The position numbers were made by a program, and so were the translations under genes. From Bugula neritina (lineage: Eukaryota; Animalia; Bryozoa), in NCBI GenBank assembly GCA_964035545.1, contig OZ037767.1:15876998-15940997 (forward strand): a stretch of DNA of 64,000 nucleotides, in the 5' to 3' direction. Shown in pieces: positions 25,809 to 38,400 of the stretch (position 1 is its first letter; each line of letters starts with the position of its first letter). The notes under the pieces are model-generated. The model was not told the origin of the DNA and did no database searches. It saw only the letters and a list, made by a program, of their open reading frames with translations.

Positions 25809-28162
25809 TCAGTTGATTTCTTTCAAGAAATTTCTACAAGAAATACACAAGATGAGTTGAACAAGAATCCTGCAAAGTGTTGCCATTGTCTGCTGTCAAC
25901 AAGAGAATAAAAATGAAAAAAACACATCAATTTAAATGAAGCAAAATATCATTTAAAAACCTACAATATACATAGTCTATGGTCTTCCCCAAGCAGTATT
26001 TACTTAAGCAATTGAAGAGTTAGAGATTCAAGAAATATATCTCAAAGGTAAGTATATTCCATGACCCTAAAGGTCAACTGTGTGAGTTTAAATGGCACAC
26101 ATTTGGTAAATTTTAGACATTTTGTCTTTCCATGTTGTAAAATGGACTATTACAACATGGAACCTCAGCATTTTTAAATCAACTTTCATTATGCTGCTTT
26201 GAAAAATTCGCCTTTTAAATTAGCAAGTCTAAAATAATTTATGGACCACATTATTATATAAAATAGAATGAGTAAGTTTTCAGCTGTCTTGGTTATGTAA
26301 TTGAGTAGCTGTGGGTCTCAGAAACTACGTAATATCCCGGAGTGAGAGTTTACAACTGATGGAGTACTCCAAGCTAATTATCAACACTCTCAATAGGATT
26401 ATGTGAGATAGGAATTTCAAGAGATAAGCTGATAGCCTTAGCTCACTTTGAATGATTACGGGGGGGGGGGGGGGTGGGTGGTGTGACCTACCCGAGTATG
26501 TCAGGTAACTCCTGAGCTGAACAGATGTATTTGTGTTGAAAGCCTCTCTCTTTGCCAAACTTGTGAAATCTAACAGGGGGGAACGACTTCGGTCGATTTT
26601 TACTGGCGTCATATAACTAAAACGATTTACTTTAAAATAATGATGGATATTTTAAATAGAAAATGCAGCATCATAAAACACATTTAACAATGAATTCTTA
26701 TTATATGGATATAATATAACTAAATAGACACTGTCATTTAATTAAAATGTGTTTTTCATACACTCAACAACAAACTTCATAGAAGGCACGTTGTAGAACA
26801 AACTGCATTATATAAAACATATCTTAGTGCAGCATTTCAGTAAGATTCTTGTTATTTACACACTACACAGCTAGTTATAACACAACGCTATAATAATAAT
26901 AATCAGGGGAACTCAGCGTAGAAATTAGCTTTTCCAAGTCATGAGACAAATTAGACTGTGGGAGTTGCCCTTTCAATGAGGGTAATTATACCAATAGCTC
27001 AATGTATAGTCTACCTGCTACCTTCACATATTTAGTATAAAGTAAAATACAACCTAAAGCAAAAACTCGATAGTTTATTAACTTCCCTGATGCATATATA
27101 AACTATTTTCTAAAATGTTTAGCATTATGCTTCAGTCACAGCTCATTGGTAGTCACACTAAAGGTGAAATTATGATACTATATTATGAGGAATATTTCAG
27201 ACTAAATAATGTGTATTCACCTTCAGCCCAAGTTCTATAGGTATCACATGATCATCCTCGGCGTGCATTATAAGCACCGGAAGCTCTATGTGAAGAATAC
27301 TACAAACATAAAAATCACGTGGAGACAACCCCTGTACGAATATCAAGCATTTATAGTTACATTACAGAGGAAATCAAAGTTGTTCATCCTTTAGTCTACA
27401 TAACTGCATGAATGCCAATACAACATTGATATTTTACTAGTCAATAAAAGGGCACTTGCTAAGACCTGTCAGCAAAGGTGACATCACATGACTTAGTGAC
27501 AACCAAGTACAGGTGTACCAGAAGTAACTGAAGTATTTCTGCAAATCAACACAGCTAATCAAAAATTAGGGAACAGCAAAAAGAAATAATTTTAAAGTTT
27601 TTACATCTTTTAACTTTTTAAAAATTTATTGAAACACCGAACATAGCAGTATGTGTGTGGGCCATAAAAGATATTCCATGATGTAGGAATGATATTTTTA
27701 TGCTACAATGTTTGATGTACCTATAAACTATGATATCTTTTAGCCCTACACTATAGGAAACATTTCTGCAGTATACACAGCCCTATGTTAGTTTAAATAA
27801 TTGAATTTCAACTTCTCCAAACATACAACAAAATCCTCAAAACTCATCTATTTCTGTAGAAATGTTTTCGTCTGCAACAGAACTGTAACACAAAATATAT
27901 CCAGACTTACTGCACATCATTTTGAAGATAGATGCCGTAGGTGTGCATAGCGTCTAAGAAGAGATCGTCAAACCACCAGAGGAGGCCGAACACCTTGGAG
28001 AATGGATGCAGCATGGCAGCGTCAAATATATTGTTGAAGGGAGACTCGAGGAAGAGCGCCTTGGGGTACTCTTTCCTTTGCTCCGTAAGGAAACGGACGG
28101 CCTTCGTCGCAATTCTTCAACAGCAGATATGATACGTATTTGTATTAGTTCTACTGCTGCTG

Positions 28163-28194
<32 letters not shown>

Positions 28195-31100
28195 GCTACT
28201 ACTACTACTGCTACTACTACTGTTGCTAGTACTACTACTACTACTACTGCTACTACTACTACTACTACTACTACTGCTACTACTGCTACTACTACTACTA
28301 CTACTGCTGCTACTACTACTACTACTACTGCTACTACTACTGCTACTACTACTGTTGCTACTACTACTACTACTACTACTACTGCTACGGGACTAATGGT
28401 GTAAAAATGCTTATCTGAATAGATTCACATATTTGTTCTCGGACTCTTACTTCACTAAATCATTAAATAATAGTTATCGTAAAGCAGTGTAGTTTTATTA
28501 GAGATGAAAAGAAATAAAAGTAAAAGTACACATTAAATTAAACTATTTGGTGAACGAAAGTTCCAACTCTTGACATGTGCTACAAATAATTTGCTGCATC
28601 TAGGAATGAAATGGCAACTCCAATAAACAGTGTACTAACCCAGTGCCTAATGAGTGACCCCACACATATATTGGAACATCTGACCCAGCTTTCTCTCTCA
28701 GCCATAAATATAAAGTAACGACATCGGTAACCACTCCGTTCTCAGATGTGGGGGACCCAGTAGAGTCCCCATAACCTACGAGAAACACCAGAGAATCAAG
28801 TTAGAATCCAGGGCTAATATTAACACATATTTGAAGTAAAATCAAATGAAAATGAAATTTTAAAAGAGCACACAACTTCAGCCCTAATAATCAACTAATA
28901 ACAGCTCTTAGAATATCTTAAAAGCTTACCTTATCCCACCTGACTCATATCACCCCACCTTATCTCAGCTGACTCATATCAGCTCACTTTATCCCACCTA
29001 ATTCATATTAGCCCACCTTATCTCATCTGACATATTAGCCCACCTTATCTCATCTGACATATTAGCCCACCTTATCTCAGCTGACATATATTGACTCACC
29101 TCTGTAATCTAAAGCCACGACATGGTAATCCAGAGCTGCTAGCACTTTATACATCTCCACCCTGTGGTCTGTACCTCTGTAACATACAGTGAGAGTCAGT
29201 TTAACAAACTCAGCTAAACACAGAACTTCACAGCTTCTGTTACACAAATGTACACAAATGTTACAAACTTAATAAACATGGGAAATAAAAAGTGGAAAAT
29301 GATTTGCAGAAAACAATTAATTAATGTGATACATGTCTTCTTTTCTCGTATTTTTTTTCCTGTTGCCTATGAGTCTTTCAACATATAATCCCATATTCTA
29401 ATAGCTCAGGTTCCTATTTATTTTCATTAATGATGCAAGGCCTCTCAGCTTAAAGGCACACACAGATTTTCAAACATAAGTTTTAACTAAACCTTTTATT
29501 AAAATAATAAAATTACCACAACTGGACTCTAGAAAATAGGAATAGATTGAATCATGGAAATTAAAATTCACATGGAAACCGGGAAAAAGAATGACTCACC
29601 TAGTACCTGTGTTACCATGGCAATAGAGTATCACAGGATGTTTAGAGTGGAGTAGTGTCTCAAAGTCTCTGTCTGTTAGTCCGTCTCTCTCCAGAGATTT
29701 CGGTAAAATATGCCTAGACCAGAAAGAAAGTGTAATATAGTATACTGTAGTTATAGTATATACTGTAGTTATAGTGATACTGCACTTATAGTATATACTG
29801 TAGTAATAGTGATATACTGTACTTATAGTGATATACTGTAGTTATAGTGATATACCGTAGGTATAGTGATACTGTAGTTATAGTGATACTGTAGTTATAG
29901 TGATCTACTGTAGTAATAGTGATACTGTAGTTATAGTGATCTACTGTAGTAATAGTGATACTGTAGTTATAGTGATATACTGTACTTATAGTGATATACC
30001 GTAGGTATAGTGATACTGTAGTTATAGTGATACTGTAGTTATAGTGATACTGCAGTTATAGTAATAGTATATACTGCAGATACTAAACTAAAGTCCTAAC
30101 AACAAGAAGGCAGCACTCACCAAACTCCCACTGTGATGTTGTCCTCAATATGTTTATAAAAATGGCGAGCATAGTTCAGTTCCACCGACCTCGGATCAGA
30201 GAGGTTAACGTTATACGGAATTTTGACTAAAAACCACAAAAAGCTCTGGTGATACTACGGAATCGCTAGAAGCAGCACAATGTTTGAGGCCATTGAATGC
30301 AGTGGCTGCGTGAGAAGTTCAGAGTTCAGACAAAAATGATTGTGTAAACACTGCATTCAATGACCATCAACTTTGTGCTGCTTCTAGCAATTCTGGTGAT
30401 ATATTTCTGAACATAATATCTGAAACTAAAATTATAGCACAATCAACAAAATATATACTATAATAAAAATAATGTAAATAAGAATATAATAATTAATATT
30501 TGCACAGTACTTTTAAATACTCTTATGCCTTTTGACCATTAGAGAAAAACAACATTTGCCTAATTTAAACTTATAACATTTTACAATGTGTGAAGATTAT
30601 ATATTACACTAATATAAATCAAGCACTAACACGAAAATGGCATATTAGTTAAGTTTGAGTTATCATCTCAATATTACAAATATTTAGAAAACATAACTCC
30701 CAAACTCCCAAATCGTCATGAAAAAAAATTCAATTCTTTATGATTGAATTAGTATGACTGAAAGATAAAACAAGACACAAATATTATACAGCAAGAGATC
30801 AGGCAATAAACTTACAAGCATTTAGATAGACTATATGTTTGGGGATTTGTGGGAAGACTATGATAACCAGGGGAGCTACTACTAGAAGAAGTATCATCAC
30901 AAGGGAGATGATGCAGAAAGCTAACCATAAGGTGCATCTGAAACAGAAAGTCTTGAGTCAATATACAGGGCAGACAGTAAACTGAATGTATGAAAATATA
31001 ATGCAAAGTTATTTCTAGTAGAACACTTGTTTTGGTGCATATCTTTTAATAGTAAGAAAGTTTTAAAACTTAAATTATACAGCTAAAAAAAGTGAGAATT

Positions 31101-32136
31101 GTGAAAATCGCCAGGAAGCAAACATAAAATGTGCATCTGAAGTCACACTTATAGTTATAGAGACCCTTCAGAAAAGGATAATGATTTAAATTCAAAATTC
31201 TGGCAATTTTCAATGTTGTTAGGAAAAACTTTGCCAAGAATCTTTTGAGTAACACTTCAACAGTAATTGACAAAGAAACAATTTCCTAAACAAAATGGAA
31301 TAACTCCACTATAATAATGCTATCATAAGAAGAAAACCACTCCATAATTATAATAAGATAACTCTATTTTAATGGAAAGATAACTCCCCAATAATAATAT
31401 TGCAACAAATCTACTACAATAATAATAAGAAGCAACTCTACAATATCAACTGATATCACAATCAGCTATAAAAGCAGTCAACTGTGATTAGATGTGCAGA
31501 CAAAATGAAATCCGCCATCTTGGTCAATGATATCAATTACTTTACAGTGTATTAAGAAAAATACTATTTCAACTCAATAATGTGAAAAATGTTAAAAAAA
31601 TTTATTTTAAACATAATAAAACGTTTATCCCACCTAAAAGTTTTCCAGGCACAAGCTGAGCACGTTAGTTTATCTCGTGTCGCATCCCCTTGACCTTTCT
31701 CCGCCTCTCTGGGTGGGGAAGGGGCGTCGACATAGTCACCCTCCAGAGAGAAGAGATCAATAGTATCGTCATCCTCTTCAATGACCTCTCCATCTCCATT
31801 GCCTAGCAATGACGGGGTAAACTCTTCATTGGCACTGTTGTTACCATTTCCTAAATACAAGAAAAAACATTAAAAAAATATGCAAAGCAAATGCAATTAT
31901 TTCACGAAAAAAACTAGTACTACGCCCATGTTGAGGAAACTTGGTCAATTATAAGTTTTATCGAAAAAAATCAATCACCAGTGATCAATAATTGAATAGT
32001 TTATAATCTGACTTGGTAAACACTCATCAAACTCTACATATATTCTACACTCAGCACAGAAATATGAGTTACCGAGACTGTCTGAATCATCACTTCCTTT
32101 CTGTTTCTTTGCTTTGCTCCTCGACCTTGTTGCCAT
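25809..32136 (-). CDS. ABHD12: Lysophosphatidylserine/monoacylglycerol lipase ABHD12-like, ~422 aa
   Basis: Exons 32136-32073, 31850-31634, 30937-30816 (TM), 30226-30121, 29713-29600, 29176-29100, 28775-28640, 28114-27911, 27299-27221, 26616-26492, 25833-25809; motifs [49 protein letters not shown]. Confidence 0.93.
28150..28388. repeat. (ACT/GCT)n microsatellite in ABHD12 intron
   Basis: Directly visible. Confidence 0.97.
28928..29099. repeat. ~28-bp minisatellite abutting an ABHD12 donor
   Basis: Unit caccttatctcatctgacatattagcc, ~6 copies. Confidence 0.9.
29735..30085. repeat. 17-19-bp minisatellite filling an ABHD12 intron
   Basis: Unit atactgtagttatagtg. Confidence 0.93.
30254..30399. 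mobile_element. Hairpin MITE
   Basis: ~45-bp inverted arms gaatcgctagaagcagcacaa..cattgaatgcagtg / cactgcattcaatg..ttgtgctgcttctagcaattc. Confidence 0.7.
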
Positions 32137-34225
32137 GGTTACCAAGTCAGCGTAAACTACGCACAAACTAAAATCACACAGCAGACATTTTAGCAATCCT
32201 GCTATTGAAACAAAAACAATAATTCGACAATTATTAAAACAGTCTGTAGGAAGAGCAGTAGGTTGTGCTACAGTCTCTAAAAAGTTTATTTATATTATAT
32301 GGTTATATTATTACATTATACCATACTATTTTTTCATTGTACTGTCCTAATTCAAGTAATTTACAATGAAACCAGCAAAGTTTTTATATCTTCAATGACT
32401 AACAATTCTGTGAATATTACCATTCATAATATTGTACCCTTTCAAACTCGTAAGTGTGGAATGCATGTTGATTGGCGTATTGCATCCACTGAGCAATATA
32501 CTACAGCTACTACACTTTGTAAAATTATTATTATTAGCAATAATATAATTATTGCAATTTATAGTCAAACTTGAAGACTTAAGAAACTGTTAGTTTTTAT
32601 TGTTAGGTTACACTTACTAACTCTACCAACTAATGAATAGGTTAATAATTACTAACACTATATACCTACAGTATATAATATTCAGCAATAAAAATATCAA
32701 ATTATTTTACACATTACCGGACTAATACTGACTAGCCACTAGTCACTTTCAAAGTCTAATCAGTATGACAATGAATATGATTAATAACAATACTACGTCC
32801 AATGGTAACTATAACTGTAAGTCACTAAATGTTAACCAAAGTAGGTAATAGTAATACTAATAAACTATAACTATTGGTAGTAGCATTACTCTATTACTAC
32901 CAGCACAATTACATTAGTACTAACATTACTACTACTAGTACCATAAGCTTAAATCCTAGTAAAATAGTTGCTAGCAGTAGAAGTTTAGTAAAATCAAAAT
33001 GTGGGCAGAGTCATACTGATACTCTTATTCATAGTGCTAATGCTACTAGTACTTACACTTGATAAGTTAAAATTATCTATTACAATTATAGCAAATGTAA
33101 TACTTAAAGTTAATAACTACTATGCTAATTGAGTAATATAAAAGTAATACTAATGGCAATAGTATTGCATTTACAATTACTGTAAGTGTAATAATAATGC
33201 CAACCGCCCAATGGTACCACAGTAACAGTAACACTAAAATTAAAACAAAAAGACAAAAGTTTGAAGCAAATTTTAATTTACTCATTTAGTACCTAAAGTT
33301 ACTAACAATAACACTAATAGTAATACTCAGTAATAGTAATAGTCAATAGTTAATAATAATACTAAGTTTAATACTAATAGTAATACTGATAGTGATAGTA
33401 ATAGTATAGGTATATTCATTATGATTATCATTATGATTATCATATTCATATTGATATCAATCAAAGTCAAAGTGATAGTGAGAGTTGGATTAACAAACTA
33501 GCAACCCGTTCAACGCCGTGTCTTAGTCTACTGCCTAATATTTTTATAGCACATGATTTTGATAAACATCAATGATAGTAGAAGTAATACCGAGGCAATG
33601 CAAACGTTATAATATGATAACATTATTTGCAATTGGACTTTGTACTTTTTATTTTGTAACTAGCAACCCGATAGCGTTTGGAAAGGTAGTTTCTCTTTTT
33701 GCGAGATGATTTTTGTCGATTCGCCAATCATGATCTCGCTCGTATTGTTTAACTTAGTAAGCGACGTATATATTAGTCATTTCATCGAAATAGTATTAAT
33801 AAAATCTACAGCTGTAAAAGGATTAATTCTAACCTAAGCCTGCGTTCCCAGTATGTAACAGAGCATTTCTCCCGCGTAAAAGGTCAAGAACAAAATAGTA
33901 CTAATATTTAGAAAAATAATTATTGTTTCAAATTTTCATACTTATTTGATTTAACACTAAACTCTAAAGCAGCTTCTGAGTTTGAGTTTTATGTGAGTGT
34001 AAATAATTCATAAATAACGATTAATACTTATATTTCAGCATTTTCATTTTGTTATTCTGTTTCTTTAAATTCTAACCTGAAGTAAAGCTTAACATTAACC
34101 TAGTCCTATGGCTATGGTAGTGATACTCATACTGATAGTGATACCCATACTCATACTGATACTGATAGTCATACTCATAGTCATAGTGATAGTCATAGTG
34201 TTACTGTCTAGTGATTGTGATACTG

Positions 34226-34594
34226 ATAGTCATAGTGATAGTGAGACTGATAATGATAGTCATGCTGATACTCATACTCATATTGACATTGATAGTCATA
34301 GTGATAGTGGCATAGTACTTAGTAGTAGTATAGTAGTAGTATAACTATAACTATAAGTATAAGTATAACTAGTTTAAGTTATAACTATAAGTAGAAGTTA
34401 TTTAAGTATAACTATAAGTAGTATAAGTATAACTTATAGTTATACTTAAATAACTTCTACTTATACATTAACTTATAGTTAATGTTATACTAGTTATACT
34501 ACTACAATGCCACTATTACTATGAGTATGATTATCAATATGAGTATGAGTATCAGCATGACTATCATTATCAGTCTCACTATCACTATGACTAT
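34226..34594. repeat. ~370-bp foldback palindrome in low-complexity DNA
   Basis: 61-bp perfect outer arms (34226-34286/34534-34594) and 34-bp perfect inner arms (34386-34419/34432-34465). Confidence 0.9.
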
Positions 34595-35441
34595 ACTTAT
34601 AGTATAAGTATAACATTAACTATAACTTATTAATAATAACTATAAATAATAAGTATAAGTATTACATTTAATTTTAGTATTACTATTACTATTAGTATTA
34701 GTATTACTATAGACATGCTCATAGTGATAGTATTAGTATAACTAGTAGTAAAGACAGTTTAGTAAAGTATTACTGTTACTATTGTCTATTAGTATTACTA
34801 TTAGTAATACTCATAGTCTAACTCTAAGTTATGCTTATACTGATAGTCATTATCATATTAAATTTTATACTCTTAGTGGTAGTGAGAATAAAAGAACTTA
34901 TAACATTAACTGCTATAGTTATATTTATAGTTATAAGGGTCATTTTACCTAATTTAGTACACACTATAGATTTCTAGTTTTTAGCTATTTTTCACAGTTT
35001 TAGTTTAGCCGCTAATGTATATAATTTCTTGCATTAACTGATAAAATATTAGCAAATACAGCTGAATAAGCAAGGTTGTTTTTTAATTTCGCATAATTTC
35101 CTATGTTTTCTCTTAATTTTTAAGTAATTTGGGTGTGCGGCAGGATGCTTTTTCATCATGCCCCCACTCCAGATTTACTCGAAAATTAGAATAAAACATC
35201 GAAAATCAAGCAAAATAAGAAAACAACCTTGATTATGTACTAATGCTCCTTCGGGTAGAGCCATTGGCTTATTGAGTAGTACAACTTATAGTGGTTACTT
35301 ATTAAATTTCTAAAAGGGCAGACTAAAGTTAGAAGGTGGAAATTGCAAAAACCCGAAGCTGTGGTTTTGAATTCGAAGGAGTTTCATCAACTTTAATCTA
35401 AAGAGCTTTGTCAACTCTGAGCTGAACCAAACTTTTAAAAC

Positions 35442-38400
35442 ATGAGCCAGGAATCAACAAAGGTATTTTGTTATTCCTACACATCATCGTTATGTTTCCT
35501 GAAACATTTTTTAAAAATTGATTTCATACTTCCAATTTTATTGATATTTTTATGCTCTAAGTCAAGATTAACTTAATAGCTACTTGCAATAGCATTACGC
35601 TCTTTGATTCCCACATCATATATGCTTAGAATGTGCAGTGAAAATTGGAGTTTTAACTTCAAAAGTGCAACATTTCTAAATAAAAATGTATGATGAAGAA
35701 CTAAAAGTATTTGAAAATCTATTTTCCTGACTTTCTCTACAGCAAATTTTAAATATTTCTGTCATCATTGCCTTTGCCTATGTCAGCAGATAGTATGCCA
35801 GTTCTACCAGTGTTTTTGTCAGCGAGTATGCTCTGTTTTAGTCTCCCCATCGTCTTAGATCAGCAACCAATTCTCCTGTATGGGTATCTCTCTTATCTAA
35901 ATTATGTTGGCCATTTTTAGTTCTGTTTTGTTACTTTTTGTTCTATCTACAAATTCAGTTACGAAAGTTGTATGACTGTTGTGATAGCCCTAAGTTCTTG
36001 AGATTATTCTATCCTAACTTGAAGATCATAGGCAAGCCCAGGCCGAAGCGACGAAAAGAGTTCATGAGTTACGAGTATGCGATGGATATAGATTGTGACG
36101 ACGCTGACAAACTTTCCCAAATGTCTTCCGTCAGCAGCAGAGATCAAGCTCCCGTCTCCAAATCTGTGAGGAGTGGACGTGGGGGATCCGAGAGGGCAAC
36201 TCCAGCTGAGAAACAGCCTAGCATCGAAGGTATGTCTGTGTGTCTTTATGTCTGTCTATGTGTCTATTTGCATGTATGTCTCTCTATGCCTGTATGTTCT
36301 CTAGTTATTTAGTATTCCGCAACATAGCCTGCAATAGCCACAGCTACTTGGGGAAACCAGTCATGCTTCCTGTATTCAGCAGATCATGTCTGGTTTTATC
36401 GAGAGCATATAGCGTAATGCTCAACGTTTCCCAATTCCAAGGCATCAGGTTCAATCACTCAATGCTTGGTTTAATACAGCTGCCTTGTTTTTGTAGATGC
36501 TGTGTATCTGTACAGAGACATCACAAACAGTACTCGCCCGGTTAGTGTACCCAGTTTATCTGCTCCACCTTAAATCTTGAATTTACCCTAAACACTGTCT
36601 ATATATTTGGTGTTTCTTATTATAAACTTTTACGGTTTACTTCCTCTATGTGTAAACCTAGCAATAAACTTGTCAGAAGCACAAACCATCAATAGAACCA
36701 GCTGAATACGTTTTTCAGTTACAAAAAGCTTTGTCTGTGTGCTTATTTGTAATTTATCCTTTGACCGTCTGATCACCAACTCTGTTTCTTTTAGCCCATT
36801 TTCCTACAGAGAAATCTCGTTTATCTGCCTCAGTGCCGTAAACGTCCCAACAACAGCTTTTCATCGTAAGCATCAATTATATTCTTTCTGCAGCTTTTTG
36901 GCAGTGTGATGTGATACACACTTGTATTTTTATAGATCTGGTGGTAGTGCTTGTAATCGCATTGAGAAAATATGCAGATATATGCAAACTGAGTTATTTA
37001 TGCATATTTATATATGTGTCCGTGCGTATGTGTTTATTTATGCATGTTTTTAGCTAATACAATACATGTAAAATATTCTAAAAATAGATTTTACTGTATG
37101 ACATGGGAGTTGGAATCATTTTTCTAACCTGTAACTTTTTCCTGATCCAATTTTGTGGTGACTAAATAATATCTGGATTAAGAAACTATGTATCTTATAG
37201 TTTTTTTGGCCCATTGGCTCTCAAATCTGAAAATGAAATCTGTTTGAAGCACCAACTTTGATCTAGGGTATACTGTAAGTATAATTTTACTAATTTTGTG
37301 TGGAAAAGTCACGATACGCAATATATTTGAGTCAATACCTTTATCTCGACAGTCACGAGGCGTTTGAAAAGTTGCTGGAGAAGTTGTCAAACTTTGCAAC
37401 CGTCTCGTCCCAAGTACAGCTCACTCTCACCAATATTCTGAACATCAAACTCAGCCCACTGGACAAGAAGGAAATCACTCTAGACTTTTATTTACTCAAA
37501 AACTGCTACAAGCGCAGAAAGGTGGGCAACTCCTAATCCTTTGATATTTTGAAGTTGTAGGCTCAACGTGTGTGCATATATAAACAATGGTGTCTTTTAC
37601 CGTGTAATCTACTTTTATTATTTCCTGTCACATGACCTATAGATAGTATCAATTAATGATTCTTTATTTTTGCTATAGTGTGGTTCATTTTATTTTATTT
37701 AGTATACATCAGCAAGTTGGGACTTCATGATTAAAACATGGTATAGTTTGTATCTCATTTAAACGATTCAAAGCTGCACGGTTTATAGGATCGCAAAATA
37801 AAATTCCTAAAACCATATAGAATAAAGTATTTTTGATTTTTAATTTATTCAGTTCACCAACAATTATGCAATAATCATCACTGAAACCTGTGCTTCGACA
37901 AGTAGGTTAAAAAACATAGGAAATGTTGCAAAATTTGTGATGATTTGAATTTATTTAACAATTCATTATTTTAAGGCAAAAATTGTATATATTGGCAACT
38001 AGATTTTTGTAAAATAGGCAAAAAGTGATTAAATTCAGTACATGCTACATAATGTAAAATGACCCGTATTCTGTTGTATTGTATTATGTCACTTAATGAC
38101 ATCATATCCTGTTCTCCAGACTGACGTCACGTCAATAGAAAAATTTGTCAAATCGATTATATTAACCACTCCCCTGAACATGGACACTCTCTCCACCAAC
38201 TCTATAACTCTCGACTCAAATGAAATCTCATCCGAAGTTGGCGCCTATCACATATCCGCCTGTTACCTCAAGGCCAAGGTCGTCATTGCCACTGCGAAGA
38301 AAATCTCTGTTGCCTGTAAGTTGGACGGCACTGTTTGCTTGAGTTTTGGTTTTTCATACAATTGTTGTCATCCTTTTGAAATAATGTCTTGCGACAATGT

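Noticed and set aside
26455-26620. Apparent repeat shared with the poly-C tract at 18810-18860, or PPT plus LTR start
   Set aside because: 26616-26492 is an ABHD12 exon carrying the catalytic His; the similarity is chance plus homopolymer.
28006-28404. Poly-Thr mucin-like ORF
   Set aside because: Translation of an ACT microsatellite, antisense to an ABHD12 exon.
32299-34344. Short hydrophobic ORFs in the ABHD12-SUZ12 interval
   Set aside because: Low-complexity 3/6-nt periodic DNA without splice or domain support.
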